Numbered from the stretch's first letter, positions 41,400 through 54,482 are shown. The stretch is 64,000 bases of DNA from Octopus vulgaris (GCA_951406725.2 OX597839.1:39122001-39186000); one strand, 5' to 3'. A program made the numbers and translations. The notes: a model not told the origin generated them from the sequence alone.

Positions 41400-41434
41400 G
41401 TGTGTGTGTGTAAATATATATATATGTGTGTGTA

Positions 41435-41525
<91 letters not shown>
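41135..41525. repeat. (TG)n/(TA)n array
   Basis: Visible directly. Confidence 0.95.
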
Positions 41526-41528
<3 letters not shown>

Positions 41529-42034
41529 CTACATAGCCAAGAACTTCAGGTAAAAAAAAAACTTCATGTAAGATGATAGGCAGGAAGTCTGCTGGAATTC
41601 AGAAAGGGATGTTGTTGCTGTTGTTGTTGTTAGCAACGGTGGCGGTGGTGGTGGTGGTGGTATTGCTGTTATTTGTGGTATTATTTCATATAATTATGAG
41701 TGTAAAAGGGATGGGACTGTTCTGGGGGGGTAGGGACCACGGTTTACCTTTCTGCTAAAAGTCAGCCACTCGAAATAGCGAAAACCTACTTCCACACCAT
41801 CCACAAACTGTCTGTTATCTCTGAGCCGAGCCCTAAAACCTAACCCTTAAATTAAGACTTACCCTAATATTAACCCTAACCCTCACCCTACTGGGCCTAC
41901 TTTGGTTTACTATCCTTATCACCCCCCACCTCATTCTACCGTGCCCTGCTAATTAACACTCACACATACACACGTACATGTTCCATATTCTATCTTTCTC
42001 TCTCTTTCTCTAAGATATATATATATTCTTCCAC

Positions 42035-42340
42035 TCTTTTACTCTTATTTGTTTCAGTCATCTGACTGCGGCTATGCTGGAGCACCGCCTTTAGTCGAAC
42101 AAATCGACCCCAGGACTTACTCTTTGCAAGCCTAGTACTTATTTTATCGGCCTCATCTGCCGAACCCCTAAGTTAACGGGGACCCAAACACACCAACATC
42201 GGTTGTCAAGCGATGAAGGTGGGGAAGAAACACAGACACACAAACATATACATAAATACGACGGGCTTTCAGTTTTCTGTCTACCAAATCCACTCACAAG
42301 GCTTTGGTCGGCCCGAGGCTATAATAGAAGACACTTGCCC
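42035..42340 (-). mobile_element. SINE family A (head missing)
   Basis: Reverse-complement copy. Confidence 0.85.
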
Positions 42341-42342
42341 TC

Positions 42343-42775
42343 CCTCACCATATCGCGGTTTCGGCGAGCTGGCAGAAACGTTAACACGCCGGGCGAAATG
42401 CTTTGTGGTATATCGTCTGTCGTTACGCTCTGGGTTCAAATTCCGCCGAGGTCGACTTTGCCTTTCGTCCTTTCGGGTCGATAAATTAAGTACCAGTTAC
42501 GCACTGGAGTCGATGTAATCGACTTGATCCGTTTGTCTGCCCTTGTTTGTCCCCTCTGTGTTTAGCCCCTTGTGGGTATAGTAAAGGAATATATTTTAGC
42601 TAACGTCGATTCCTCCGTGGTGTTGTTTTGCATTTATTATAAAATAAATATATACAAATTATAAAAATAACTTTAAAATTATATACAGTACAGTACTGCT
42701 TCTATATCGCGGATTTTCACCTATTGCGGGGTGTTTTTGAACGTAACCCACGCGATAGTCGCGGGATTACTCTAT
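42343..42775. mobile_element. Tigger/pogo-like MITE interrupted by SINE B (42363-42592, +)
   Basis: Left CCTCACCATATCGCGG and internal TATATCGCGG are inverted with respect to right CGCGATAGTCGCGGGATTACT. Confidence 0.5.
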
Positions 42776-42787
42776 ATCTATCTATCT

Positions 42788-42918
42788 AAGGCAGGTGGAG
42801 TACAAACAAACAAATGTATTAGTATGGCACTCAGGAATAGAAATAGAACAAGTCTTTTACGTTTCGAGCCTACGCTCTTCGACCACCTGCCTTCGTCTTT
42901 TGTTTATTTTCGTAAACC
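42788..42918. mobile_element. Penelope-like terminal repeat fragment with internal inversion
   Basis: 42788-42882 is the reverse complement of the 52830-53035 family. 42883-42918 matches the same family in forward orientation. Confidence 0.6.
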
Positions 42919-43170
42919 TATCTATCTATCTATCTATCTATCTGTATAATCTTTTTATGCTGTATTTGTTTCAGTCATTTGGCTGTGGCCGTGCTGGGGC
43001 ACCGCCTTAAAGGGTTTTAGTCGAACAAAACGACAATAGGATTTACTCGTTTTTTTAAACCTAGTACTTATTCTAGCGGTGTCTTTTGCTGAAGCACTAC
43101 TCTACCTTTCGTATTCTAGTACTATTTTTGCCACCTTCTTTTGCACTTATGTGCTTACTTGTGTCTGTGC

Positions 43171-43231
<61 letters not shown>

Positions 43232-44050
43232 CAACATAACAAGCACTGCCATCATCACGACCAACTTCCTCAACACCACCGCCATTTCAGCCATCACTAC
43301 TATTCCCGACACCATTTATACCACCACCACCACCACCACCACTACCACTCAACCGCAATCACAGACCTTAAATCAGAACCTCTCTTTCTCCTCTTCTGCA
43401 TCATTATCACCCAATCACGACGGCGACCATCGTCACCACTACCATCACCACCACCACCATCACCGCCGCCCCCGCCACTAACCCAGTCTGTTAACTATTA
43501 ATGAAGTAATGTTGTTGTTGTTGTTGCTGGTAGAGGTGGTGGTGGTGGTGGTGGAAGATGTAGATATCCTCTTCTGTTTTTTCCTCCGTTTTATTTTTCT
43601 ATAGCATCCTCGTCTTCTTCCTATTTTCCGTGAATATCGTCTTGCTTCTTCATTCTTGAAATGCCTCGACTATAAACATAACTACAGACGTACTTGCATG
43701 CATACACACTCTACCTTTTTTGCCAATTACATGCTTCAGGTTTTGGACTGCGGCTCTGCTGCAGCATCACCTCAAACGATTTCCTCCAACAAATCTACAC
43801 GACTACTTTTCCTTTTTTCTTTTTTTTTTTTTTTCAAGTCTAGAACTTATTCTGTTGGTCTCTTTTGCTGCTAAATTGCGGGGGTGTAAACAAACCAACA
43901 CCAGTTGTCAAGTGGGTGTTGGGGACAAACACACAAAATTGACTTATCATTAAAGAAAGGATGTTCTGATTGTCTAGAAAAAAACGGGCACTTAAGGACA
44001 CAGGTTTCTGCCTCAATAGACACCATCATATGAATGTGTGTGTGTGTGCG

Positions 44051-44179
<129 letters not shown>

Positions 44180-44513
44180 CATTTGTGTAACAAAAATTTG
44201 GCTTTAATCACTATTTCCAAAATTTAAAAAAGAATTGTTTTTGAATATCAAGTCAACTAGGATATTTTGTCCCTTCTGCGATGTCGTTCATGGAGGTATA
44301 AAATTCTGCTCGCTGACCGTGGGAAAATATAACGATATATGTTGCCAGAAAATTGGATTAATTGGAGATTTTATTACACAGGGAAAGTGAATGAATATTT
44401 ATGTAATTAAAAGGTGTGTTTGATTATTTACAATATTTGTAACGTTAGAAGTAACCGCAAATACGGTCATTAGGACGTTTTAGTTATTAGCTCATATATA
44501 TGTGTGTTTCTTT

Positions 44514-44563
<50 letters not shown>

Positions 44564-45100
44564 GTGTATGAGTGCACATGTACACACATGTATACTTACA
44601 TATATATGTATGTGTGTGTGTGTGTGTCTGTGCATGTACACACATACACACATATACACAAACGAGACTAATCAAATCAAGCACCCACTAAAAATGAGTG
44701 GGGAATTTGGAGCAGTCCTTTCTATGGGCTTCCACACAGTTTACGCTTAACTAAGTTTTACTCATGATGCTGAGGACGAGGCTGGTCGCTTTTAGGAAGA
44801 TACTTGCCCTAAGCATGGGCATGTCTCTGTGGTTAAAGATTTCGCTTCGCAACCGCATGGATTCGGGTTCAGTCCCACTGCACATCACTTTAGACAGATG
44901 TCTTCTACCGTGGTCCCAGGACGACAAATGCCTTGTAAGTGGAAAGACGGAAACTATAAGGAAGTCTGTCGTGGATATTTGAGAGAGATGGAGGAAGAGT
45001 CTAGCTATGTGTTTGACATCCCAACTCCACTGCTTGATAACCGTTGTTGGTTTGTTTACGTCCCGTAACTTAGTGGTTTGGCAAAAGAGACCACTACAAG

Positions 45101-45131
<31 letters not shown>

Positions 45132-46249
45132 GACAGGCTGTAATCTGTGGGTTATATGTCGGTCTTTGTTTGTGGCTGAGTGTCAGTGTATGTCTGTAAG
45201 TGTGTGTGTGTCTGCGTATGTGTATATAAGTGTATGTCAAAGTGTGTCTGGATGTATGTAGGTTTCTGTGTCAGTGTCTGTGTGTGGTATTTGAGTGGGA
45301 CGGGGGTCAGTGTGGATTTGTGTATGGATGAGTGCAAGGTGTAGGTGTGTAGGGATGGAGGTCGCTTCTACGTTAAGCACAGGTGAAGTCAGATAACTGT
45401 TTAAATGATATCTCACCACCATCACCACCAACGTCCCAACCACGACAACCAACATCATCATCGCAGCCACTACCACTACTTCTACTACCACCACCGGTCA
45501 CCACAACCACCACCACCACCACCACAACCATCACCACCGCCACCACCACCACCACCACCACCGTCACCGCCACCATCGCCACCACACCACCATACCACCA
45601 CCATCACCACCACCATTACCCCCCACCCCCACCCCACAACCACTACCATCACCACCACCACCGGTCACCACCACCGGTCACCACCACCACCATCTCCACC
45701 ACCACCACCACCTCCGGTCACCACCACCACCACCACCATCTCCACCACCACCACCACCTCCGGTCACCACCACCACCACCACCACCACCGGTCACCACCA
45801 CCACCACCACCACCACCGGTCACCACCACCACCACCACCTACGCTGCCCAACTAAAAATACAAGAAATAGCAGGAGTCTTCTCACCATATAACTCTTAAT
45901 TAGCAATAATTAGGACTGGTACAGCTAAGAGTGGTGATTACTATGTTGTTGCTGTCGTCGTCGTCCTTACTGTGTTTGTTATTTTTGCTTTTGTTGTATT
46001 TCATTTATTATTTTTGCTGTTGTTGTTGTTGTCGTTGATGTCTCTTCGTTGATGTTGTTTATTTTTCGTTACTTTTATTATTGTTGCATTTTCATAGTCT
46101 GGGGATAGTAGCGGTAGGAGGTATTAATTGTACAAACAGGGGCCGCAGAGTACATGGAAATGTTCCCTAAGGTTTTCGAGGAATATTTCGTACGAAATTA
46201 TAAAAATAAGTACTGATTGCGAAAAGGAAACAGAACAACAGCGATTTCA

Positions 46250-46470
46250 AATTTTGGCACAAGGCCAGCAATTTCGCGGAGCGGAGGGGGGGAGTTGATT
46301 ACCTCGACCCTAGTTGACAACACAACCAGTACATATTTTATCGACCCCGACTCGAAAGTTTGCAAGGCAAAGCCGATCTCGGCAGAATTTGAAGGTTAGA
46401 ATGTAGGGACGAACAAAATGCCGCGAAGCACTTTGCTCCGCGTGTTACCGAATCTACCAGCTCATCGCCT
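46250..46470 (-). mobile_element. Degenerate SINE family B
   Basis: TTTATCGACCCCG...GGCAAAG...CAGCTCATCGCC. Confidence 0.75.
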
Positions 46471-46472
46471 TG

Positions 46473-46525
<53 letters not shown>

Positions 46526-47165
46526 TGCCCTGATACAATACCAGACAGTGGCTCTCATGGCTTCTGATCTTAACTGATTGGAAGTGTTACCATGAACATT
46601 GTTTTGTCTCGGTATAAAAGATGGGCTACAGCAAATATTCTGCTCAATACCACAGATTTGCTTGTCTGTTGTTTGACCTTAACTAGTTGGGCATGTCCCT
46701 TAGTGGCTGACGATATGTGCATATCTGATCATGAGCAGAAGTAGTGGGGGAGCATCATAGCCATGTGTTGAAAGGAATTCTTTGGGGTTTTAATAATTCA
46801 CCTCTGGAAACACGGGTGTTTCGTTCACCATCTTAAAGAAACCCTTATTCGGGGACCGTTTGAGCGGGATGGGCTACTCGACCAGAAGAAAATTCTATGT
46901 GGCAGCTGTGTGAATCAAACATAAAGGTTGTCCCTGTTGTCATTGGAGCATGAGGTTCAATAGACCCAACCTGAAGAAACATCTGGAAACTTTAGAAATA
47001 CTCTTTAATCTATTGAAAAAATAGGCATTATTTGGAACTGCACACATATTGCGTAAACTGTCTGAGGTCCTTGTTGTGATTTGACAGACAGTACAAATTC
47101 CCGGTAGCTACAATATCTTCAATCAACTATATCACGATATTGGATACCGAGTGACGTCTTAAATA
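46526..47165 (+). mobile_element. Internally deleted R4/Dong-like (RLE) non-LTR retrotransposon next to (TAA)n
   Basis: 46897-47060 translates as KVVPVVIGA*GSI...NLKKHLETLEI...ALFGTAHILRK, the characteristic R4/Dong C-terminus. A (TAA)n run lies immediately 5'. Confidence 0.75.
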
Positions 47166-47174
47166 ATGGATAGT

Positions 47175-47560
47175 GGAAGCACTCCGTAGGTTACGACGAC
47201 GAGGGTTCCGGTTGATCCGAATCAACGGAACAGCCTGCTCGTGAAATTAACGTGTAAGTGGCTGAGCACTCCACAGACACATGTACCCTTAACGTAGTTC
47301 TCGGGGATATTCAGCGTGACACAGAGAGTGACAAGGCCGGCCCTTTGGAATACAGGTACAACAGAAACAGGAAGTAAGAGTGAGAGAAAGTTGTGGTGAA
47401 AGAGTACAGCAGGGATCACCACCATCCCCTGCCGGAGCCTCGTGGAGCTTTTTTAGGTGTTTTCACTCAATAAACACTCACAACGCCCGGTCTGGGAATC
47501 GAAACCGCGATCCTATGACCGCGAGTCCGCTGCCCAAACCACTGGGCCATTGCGCCTCCC
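47175..47560 (-). mobile_element. SINE family C, full length
   Basis: Reverse complement of 31290-31670, flanked by TTAAATAA repeats. Confidence 0.92.
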
Positions 47561-47575
47561 TTAAATAACAATAAT

Positions 47576-48445
47576 AACTAGAAAAGCACTCGGGGAGCGC
47601 AGACCTCTGCCAAGCAGCTCATTTCCACTCATGCTGAAAATCGCCCAATTTCCCAAACCAAAGCCAGCAAAAACATAACCTTCTTGGCAGGGTTAAAAAA
47701 ATAACACAGCCATATGATTTAAAAAAACACCTTTAAAAACAGGAATCATGAGAAGCAGTTATAATACATCAATGACAACAGCAAGCTAGTTTCACCGTAC
47801 AACTAAAATGAAACAACAATTACTTAAAGCTTGAGTGATACACACACCACGCGAGTAAAATTGCTAACAGAGGAACGAAAGTAAACTTTGGAAACAGCAA
47901 CGCCACCAAAGGATAGGTTGAAACGATGAGCGTGTTTTCAAGGGAGATAATCAAAGAACATAACATTGTTATTTCTTTACTGCCCACAAGGGGCTACACA
48001 CGGAAAGGACAAATAAGGAGAGACAAATGGATTAAGTCGATTATATCGACCTCAGTGCATAACAGGTACTTAATTTATCGACCCCGAAAGGATGAACGGC
48101 AAAGTCGACCTCGGCGGAATTTGAACTCAGAACGTAGCGGCAGATGAAATACCGCTAAGCATTCCGCCCGGCGTGCTAACGTTTCTGCCAGCTCGCCGCC
48201 TTAAGAACATAACATTGTAATACATCATGTAAAGTAAATATAACAAATGTAAATCCTTCAAGAATCCATGGAAATTCCCGGATCACTACCAAATTTTCAT
48301 TATCTGTTTCTTGTGTCATTACCAACTTTTCCTGCAAATTTCATCAAATACCATTCACAACTTTTTGAGTTATTTTGCACACAGACGGGCAGTCGGACAA
48401 ACCAACGCCGATGAAAACATAACCTCCTTTCTCGGCGGAAGTAAT
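47576..48445. mobile_element. Helentron-type non-autonomous element (HINE-like)
   Basis: AACTAGAAAAGCACTCGGGGAGCGC hairpin plus subTIR ACCTCTGCCAAG. The partner subTIR CTCGGCGGAAGT is near 48431 and a second one, CTTGGCAGGGT, is near 47684. Confidence 0.65.
47970..48202 (-). mobile_element. SINE family B with 16-bp TSD
   Basis: TSD AAGAACATAACATTGT at 47954-47969 and 48203-48218. Confidence 0.92.
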
Positions 48446-48448
48446 AAT

Positions 48449-48664
48449 ATATTTCTTTACTACCCACAAGGGGCTAAACACAGAGAGGACAGACAAGCGG
48501 GTTAAGTCGATTACATCAACCCCAGTGCGTAACTGGTACTTAATTTCTCGACCCCGAAAGGATGAAAGGCAAAGTCGACCTCGGCGGAATTTGAACTCAG
48601 AGCGTAACGGCAGACGAAATACCTCTACGCATTTCGCCCGACGCGCTAACGTTTCTGCCAGCTC
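48449..48664 (-). mobile_element. SINE family B
   Basis: Reverse-complement copy with a small deletion. Confidence 0.88.
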
Positions 48665-49067
48665 AATGATGATGATGATGATGAGGAGGATAACAACGAT
48701 GATGCCGGTGATGATGACAACGATGATGAAGGCAATGATAATGATGACGACAACGATGATGAAGGCAATGATAATGATGACGACAACGATCTTTTATTCG
48801 CCAGGAAGGCGACGGTTGATTGGGAACAATACAATTCAAAGACGGAATGAAGTATGGTGATAGAGAAAGAGAGAAAGAATGGAATATAAACAATTCATGT
48901 AGACTACATGTGAAGTAAAGGCTATACATGTGTATACATATTCTTTCATTTTTTTTACTTCCTTCAATCATTAGGCTGCGACCATGCTGGGGCATCGCAT
49001 TGAAGAATTTTATTCTAGCGAATATCTATACTCCCTTACACGCATTTATATACATATGCATATATGT

Positions 49068-49403
49068 CTTCTTGAGCCCCTTCAGTCAGACACTGACCAT
49101 GGGTTTGCACTTAGAGAGTTACCCTCTAAGGCACAAGTCTAGGCAAGGTTGTTTTTTTTTATGGAAGACCAGCAGTCGCCCATGCATACCGGCCTCCCCT
49201 CTCCACGTCACCGATGATGTCCAAGGGAAAGGCAAGGGCCGATACAGCTTGGCACCTGTGACGTCGCAACTCATTTCTACGGCTGAGTGAACTGGAGCAA
49301 CGTGAAATAAAGTGTCTTGCTCAAGAACACAACACGCAGCTCGGTCCGGGATTCGAGCTCACAACCTCACGATCGTAAGCTCGACGCTCTAACCACTGAG
49401 CCA
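49068..49403 (-). mobile_element. tRNA-derived SINE (family D-type head, different tail)
   Basis: Minus strand TGGCTCAGTGGTTAGAGCG...GCTCGAATCCC...GTTCTTGAGCAAGACAC. Confidence 0.8.
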
Positions 49404-49759
49404 AATATAACATAACATATACCTATATATCTAATAGAAACATGTATATTATTAAATGTGTGTGTGACTGCTTGTTCGTTGTTGTGTATATTCCTAGAGA
49501 AACTGACAGACAGGATAAAAGCAAGCAAAAGGAGATTGAATGAGAGGATAGGAAAGAGCAAAGCAATATGTTACAAACAGCTGTAATCAATCTCAGGATA
49601 TATATATATATATATATACATGCACACACTCACACACAAATATATATATACACAGTGCACACACAGACAGACACAAGTACACACTGAAATGGGGGAAAAA
49701 AATAGAGTAAAGAAACATACACGGCAAAGAAGAAAGAAAAAAAAAAGGCAAAATTTTAA

Positions 49760-50040
49760 GCGAAACAAGATGTCCGACTGCTAAAGATCAAGTGTCACGT
49801 GGTTTGTGTTAGCCACGTGCCAGTTTGATCGTATCTTCATAGCGAGGCTGTTGATTAGTGTGTGATGGAATGGGGGAGTGTGACAGTATGAAATATATGT
49901 GATTGTAAGATTGGGAGAGGCGTTAGGGAGGCGTGGGTAGGCACGGCCTTCTTCCGCCCTCCCCCCCCCACCATCACACTGCCTCTTTAGATTACTTCAA
50001 CTTGCTCTGGACGGTGTAGAGATAAAAATGGCGTAGGCTG
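49760..50040. promoter_or_regulatory. Candidate promoter island
   Basis: Two CACGTG E-boxes, ATTGG (CCAAT on -), GGGAGGCGTGG and CCGCCC GC-boxes, and YY1-like CAAGATGTCCG and AAAATGGCG in non-repeat sequence. Confidence 0.35.
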
Positions 50041-50441
50041 GATGGTAGAGATGGTGAAGGTGGTGGTGGTGGTGGTGGGGTAGCAGATTCTTGTATGTGT
50101 ATTTTATGTTGTTGTTTTTATTGCTTGTAGGTTTTTTTTAAAGGAAATGATGTACATCAAACGCGCGCGTGCGCACACACATACACGCACACACACAGAC
50201 ACACTAGCAGTCAAGTACACATCTTAGTCTGTAGAAAACTTAGGCAAATCTGTTTTAAAGTGTTTCATGATATATTTGAAGATTTCAAAGCTATGACTAG
50301 CGTCTTCCAACAGGCGATAAAAAGAAATTGAAAAGCAAGAAGTATTCCATACAAAACAGGTATGGTAAATACCTTATCAAACTTGGAAATATGCATAATT
50401 GCGACAAGTTGCTTTCGTGTTTCGTTACACGAAATTTAAAT

Positions 50442-50473
<32 letters not shown>

Positions 50474-50474
<1 letters not shown>

Positions 50475-50891
50475 CTCTTTTACTCTTTTACTTGTTTCAG
50501 TCATTTGACTGCGGCCATGCTGGAGCACCGCCTTTAGTCGAGCAACTCGACCCCGGGACTTATTCTTTTTGTAAGCCCAGTACTTATTCTATCGTTCTCT
50601 TTTTGCCGAACCGCTAAGTGACGGGGACGTAAACTCACACACCAGCATCGGTTGTCAAGCAATGCTAGGGGAACAAACACAGACACACAAACACACACAC
50701 ACACATACATATATATATATACATATATACGACAGGCTTCTTTCAGTTTCCGTCTACCAAATCCACTCACAAGGCATTGGTCGGCCCGGGGCTATAGCAG
50801 AAGACACTTGCCCAAGATGCCACGCAGTGGGATTGAACCCGGAACCATGTGGTTGGTTAGCAAGCTACTTACCACACAGCCACTCCTGCGC
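50474..50891 (-). mobile_element. SINE family A, full length
   Basis: Reverse-complement copy. Confidence 0.92.
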
Positions 50892-51529
50892 TATATATAT
50901 ATATATATATATATATATGGAAGAGGGAAACAGGGAGACAGAGATATATAGAAAGAAAGAGAAAATAAGGTAAAGAGAAACCAAAATACAAAATAAGAAA
51001 CAGACAATATGCAAAAACGAAACGAGCGAGACCCTTCAACTAGGTATTACTGCGATTTCGACACCTGATAGCGGAACTGCTGTGTCTGACATTGGCAGTA
51101 ACACGAAAGAGATAAAGGATGAAAATTACGAAATGGAACGCTAACAAGAATGGAACCGGATCATTACAGAAAAATAAAATATACCATAAATGGGTAATAG
51201 ACGAAGTATTTCGACCCAAACTAAGGACGATAATAACATTTAATGGTGCAAGAAGTGAACTTAAAGGGAAAAGTGAAATAAGCCTTTTCAACCGGGAGGA
51301 TTATGGGTAGAAAACAAACAGAAAGTGCGAAGGACATATAAGCAAAAAGATGCATGCCGTCTTGGACATTTTCTATAGCTTGGGGTCGACCCATATTTTG
51401 TGATTGAAATAACCCAGACTTAAACGGTGGCTGATATCAATCGGCGTGAAGCATTGTTCAGCAAACGTCATCTGGATATAGATCCAGTCAGCAGCTGAGA
51501 GAGCCAGCTATTATATATGGATGTAAAAA

Positions 51530-51740
51530 GGTGGCGAGCTGGCAGAATCTTTAAGATACTGGGCAAAATATTTAGCAGCACTTCTTCCAGTATTACGTTC
51601 TGAGTTCAAATACCGCCGGGGGTCGATTTGTCTTTCATCTTTTCGGAGTCGATAGAATAAATACCAGTTAAACACTGGGGTTGATGTAATCGACTTACTC
51701 TCTCTCCGAAATTGCCGGCTTTGAGTCAAAAATTAAAACC
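51530..51740 (+). mobile_element. Degenerate SINE family B
   Basis: GGCGAGCTGGCAGAATC...GAGTTCAAAT. Confidence 0.8.
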
Positions 51741-52250
51741 CTTATACATGGCTGAAAAGGGATGATGGAACCGAGTTAGAGAAATGATGCAAAGGTGTGA
51801 GGTAGATACCTGTTTGCCAATATGGCAAGTCAGACATGCACGACTCCACATTTGGATTGGTGCTGAGAGCGAAAACTAGTCAACTGAGGAGGCGGTGGCT
51901 CAGGTCAATGATAAGAAGCCGGTGTGTAGCAAATTCGTCGAGAGGAAGACTGAGAAACGGTGCACATTCTCTCCGAATGTCCCACTGAAACCTACTGGTG
52001 TCTGGTATGCAGAGATTTTCAATTGATAGCACTTGCACAAGCAAGCTGTTTGCAAGTCTCTGTAGGACGGAAACTATATAGAAGCCTGTCGGTCTGATTG
52101 CATCTGAAAATCAAAATGGTACAGCCTTGTTATACAGACTGTGTCGGTGCCTCGCTAATCTCGTCTCAGAATTACGTCGGGTACATGTACCCAAGAACCC
52201 TTGAAATACTGAACCACTTATCCGTTAGTTCAGATGCAGGCTATCTAGTT

Positions 52251-52607
52251 CAAAGGTTCTCAACCCATTTGGGCCAAAGGTCCCCTTTTGACCCTTGGAG
52301 TCACAAATGGCCCCCTAGAAAATATTTTTATTTTTCAATGTACTACTTATTTTGATATCAGCAGATAATGATTAAAAAATAAAGGACGTCGTTTTACATA
52401 TGCGCTTGTACGCAGTCGGGAGTACAGATGTTCGAAACTGAAATAAAAAAAAAAAAACGAAATAATGAATTTGGTAATTATGTTTATTTCCACCACGCGG
52501 CACTTATGAGATGAACGTGTTGTCTATCGAAAGAGTGCTCTTTGGTACAAAAGAGCCCTTTTGCTCCAAAACCTCGAGCTCCAAATGGCCCTCGTTGAGA
52601 ACCTTAG
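52251..52607. mobile_element. hAT-like MITE
   Basis: TIRs CAAAGGTTCTCAAC / GTTGAGAACCTTAG. Weak 8-bp TSD ATCTAGTT / ATCGAATA. Confidence 0.6.
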
Positions 52608-52834
52608 ATCGAATAACTAATTCCTCATCGGTTAATCCACTGCACCATACATCTTTTATCTCACACATATTGCAGTCATTAGACTGCGGTCATGCTGGTG
52701 CACCGCCTTGAAGAATTTTTAGTCGAACGAATCGACTTTTGCCGAATTGCTAGGTTACAGTGACGTAAACACACCAACAGCAGTTGTCAAGGGGTCGTGG
52801 GGGACAAATACAAACACAACGCCGCCCTATATAT

Positions 52835-53034
52835 ATGGTCAGAACGCCATGATAGATCGTTAGCTCCTACACGCATTTTTTTCTCTCCTTTTTTTCTCTC
52901 TTGTGTCTCTTTCTGTCGAAGAGCGTAGGCTCGAAACGTAAAAGACTTTTCTATTCCTGAGCGCCATACTAATACATTTGTTTGTTTGTACTCCACCTGC
53001 CTTCGTCTTTTGTTTATTTTCGTAAACCTTCCCG

Positions 53035-53036
<2 letters not shown>
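52835..53036 (+). mobile_element. Penelope-like terminal repeat with hammerhead-like motif (52908-52945), inside a SINE A microsatellite
   Basis: TCTTT-CTGTCGAA-GAGCgtagGCTC-GAAA-CG-TA-AAAGA. A copy lies at 56820-57033. SINE A halves sit on either side. Confidence 0.6.
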
Positions 53037-53081
<45 letters not shown>

Positions 53082-53617
53082 ACAGGCTCTTTAATTTTCT
53101 GTCTACTAAATCCACTCACAAAGCTTTACTCAACCAGAGGCTATAGTAGAACACTAGTAGAAGACAATTGCCAAAGGTGCCACGCTGTAGGATTGAACCC
53201 AGAACAATATGTTTTTTAAGCAAGCTTCTTACTACACAGAAAATCCTACAAGTGTTAAAAAATAGTGTCCGGTATGCTTCCATTGCATGAAACTAATAGT
53301 AGCACATAAAGACACATATTGTGCTTATTAAATATTATTCATCTCTCACCAGATAGAATATTTTCTTGTTGATCTTATCATCATGCTGCAGTACACTATA
53401 TATGTTGATGCAAACAAGAAAACTAGAACTATGAGTATATGTATATTTTTATATATATATAAAGTTCCAGAGTTTCGTACGTTGGCACTTATCAAACTAT
53501 ATATATATAGGATAAAAATCACACACCCCCACCAAAAGTATCCAGCATATTAAAATACCTTTAAAGGTGAAAATTATAAAAATTATAAACAAGGCAAAAG
53601 AAAAAAAAATTTCTATG

Positions 53618-53649
<32 letters not shown>

Positions 53650-53655
<6 letters not shown>

Positions 53656-53850
53656 ATCCAAACATGTAAGCACAAAAAAACACAACGACGCGAGGACGTG
53701 GAACAAATATAGTATTATTGGACGCTCAGGAAAGAAGGAAAGAAGGAGGGTTTAACGTTTCAAGCGGAGCTTTTCGTCGGAAACATAGGAGAAGGAAAGA
53801 TCCAGAGATGGGAAGACAGAGGAAAAATAATCGCCAACGGTACACACGAC
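53650..53850 (-). mobile_element. Penelope-like terminal repeat, copy of 11491-11698
   Basis: High identity to 11491-11698. Hammerhead-like motif at 53750-53784. Confidence 0.6.
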
Positions 53851-54482
53851 AAATGGTGGTAAGATAGATGAATACAGACATTTAGACTTATATTTAGATG
53901 AAGTACAAAATATAGATTGCAAAATAAAGAAACTCAAAGCAAAGCAGAAAAGAAGATTTATGTAAAGTCTTAACTTCGACGGCTGTTCCAATTCGGCTAT
54001 AATCATATTTATATGCAATATGTCCAAGATGTCATAAGTGTGAGTCCTGCCACAGGACCCTATGAAATTTCAAGAGTAAGGTAAGCATCCCTTTTCAAGA
54101 GTAGGGTAGCTCTATGTAAATATACGTTTTAAGTCTAACTTTCGATGCCGTGACTCGGGCCCGGATGAAGAAGTTGGAGTTTAGGTTCCCGTCCATTTTA
54201 GCATTATTCTATGTTATTCTAAGCTTATGTTGCTTTCATTTACTGCTTAGTTTTCTGACTTTATAATCATCTCATAATAATGACTTTTATGACTCTTATT
54301 ACTACCTCAGTCCATCTAAATGTATATATTTGTCGTTACCTTTCATAAAAAGCCTTTTTTTATTTGCAATGTGCATTTTCGTTGATTTTTCATATTTTAC
54401 CCTTACATTTTCATGTGTATTTTATATTTTCTTTTTGTAACATATTTCTATTATATACATAACAGTGGGGTAGGTCGGTTTA

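Noticed and set aside
44215-44480. Possible mariner 3' relic (FQNLKK...)
   Set aside because: Too degenerate, and no TIR could be identified.
45383-45899. Extensin/mucin-like SPPPP, poly-T and poly-H ORFs
   Set aside because: This is a (CAC)n array with CCGGT interruptions, with no splice or codon evidence.
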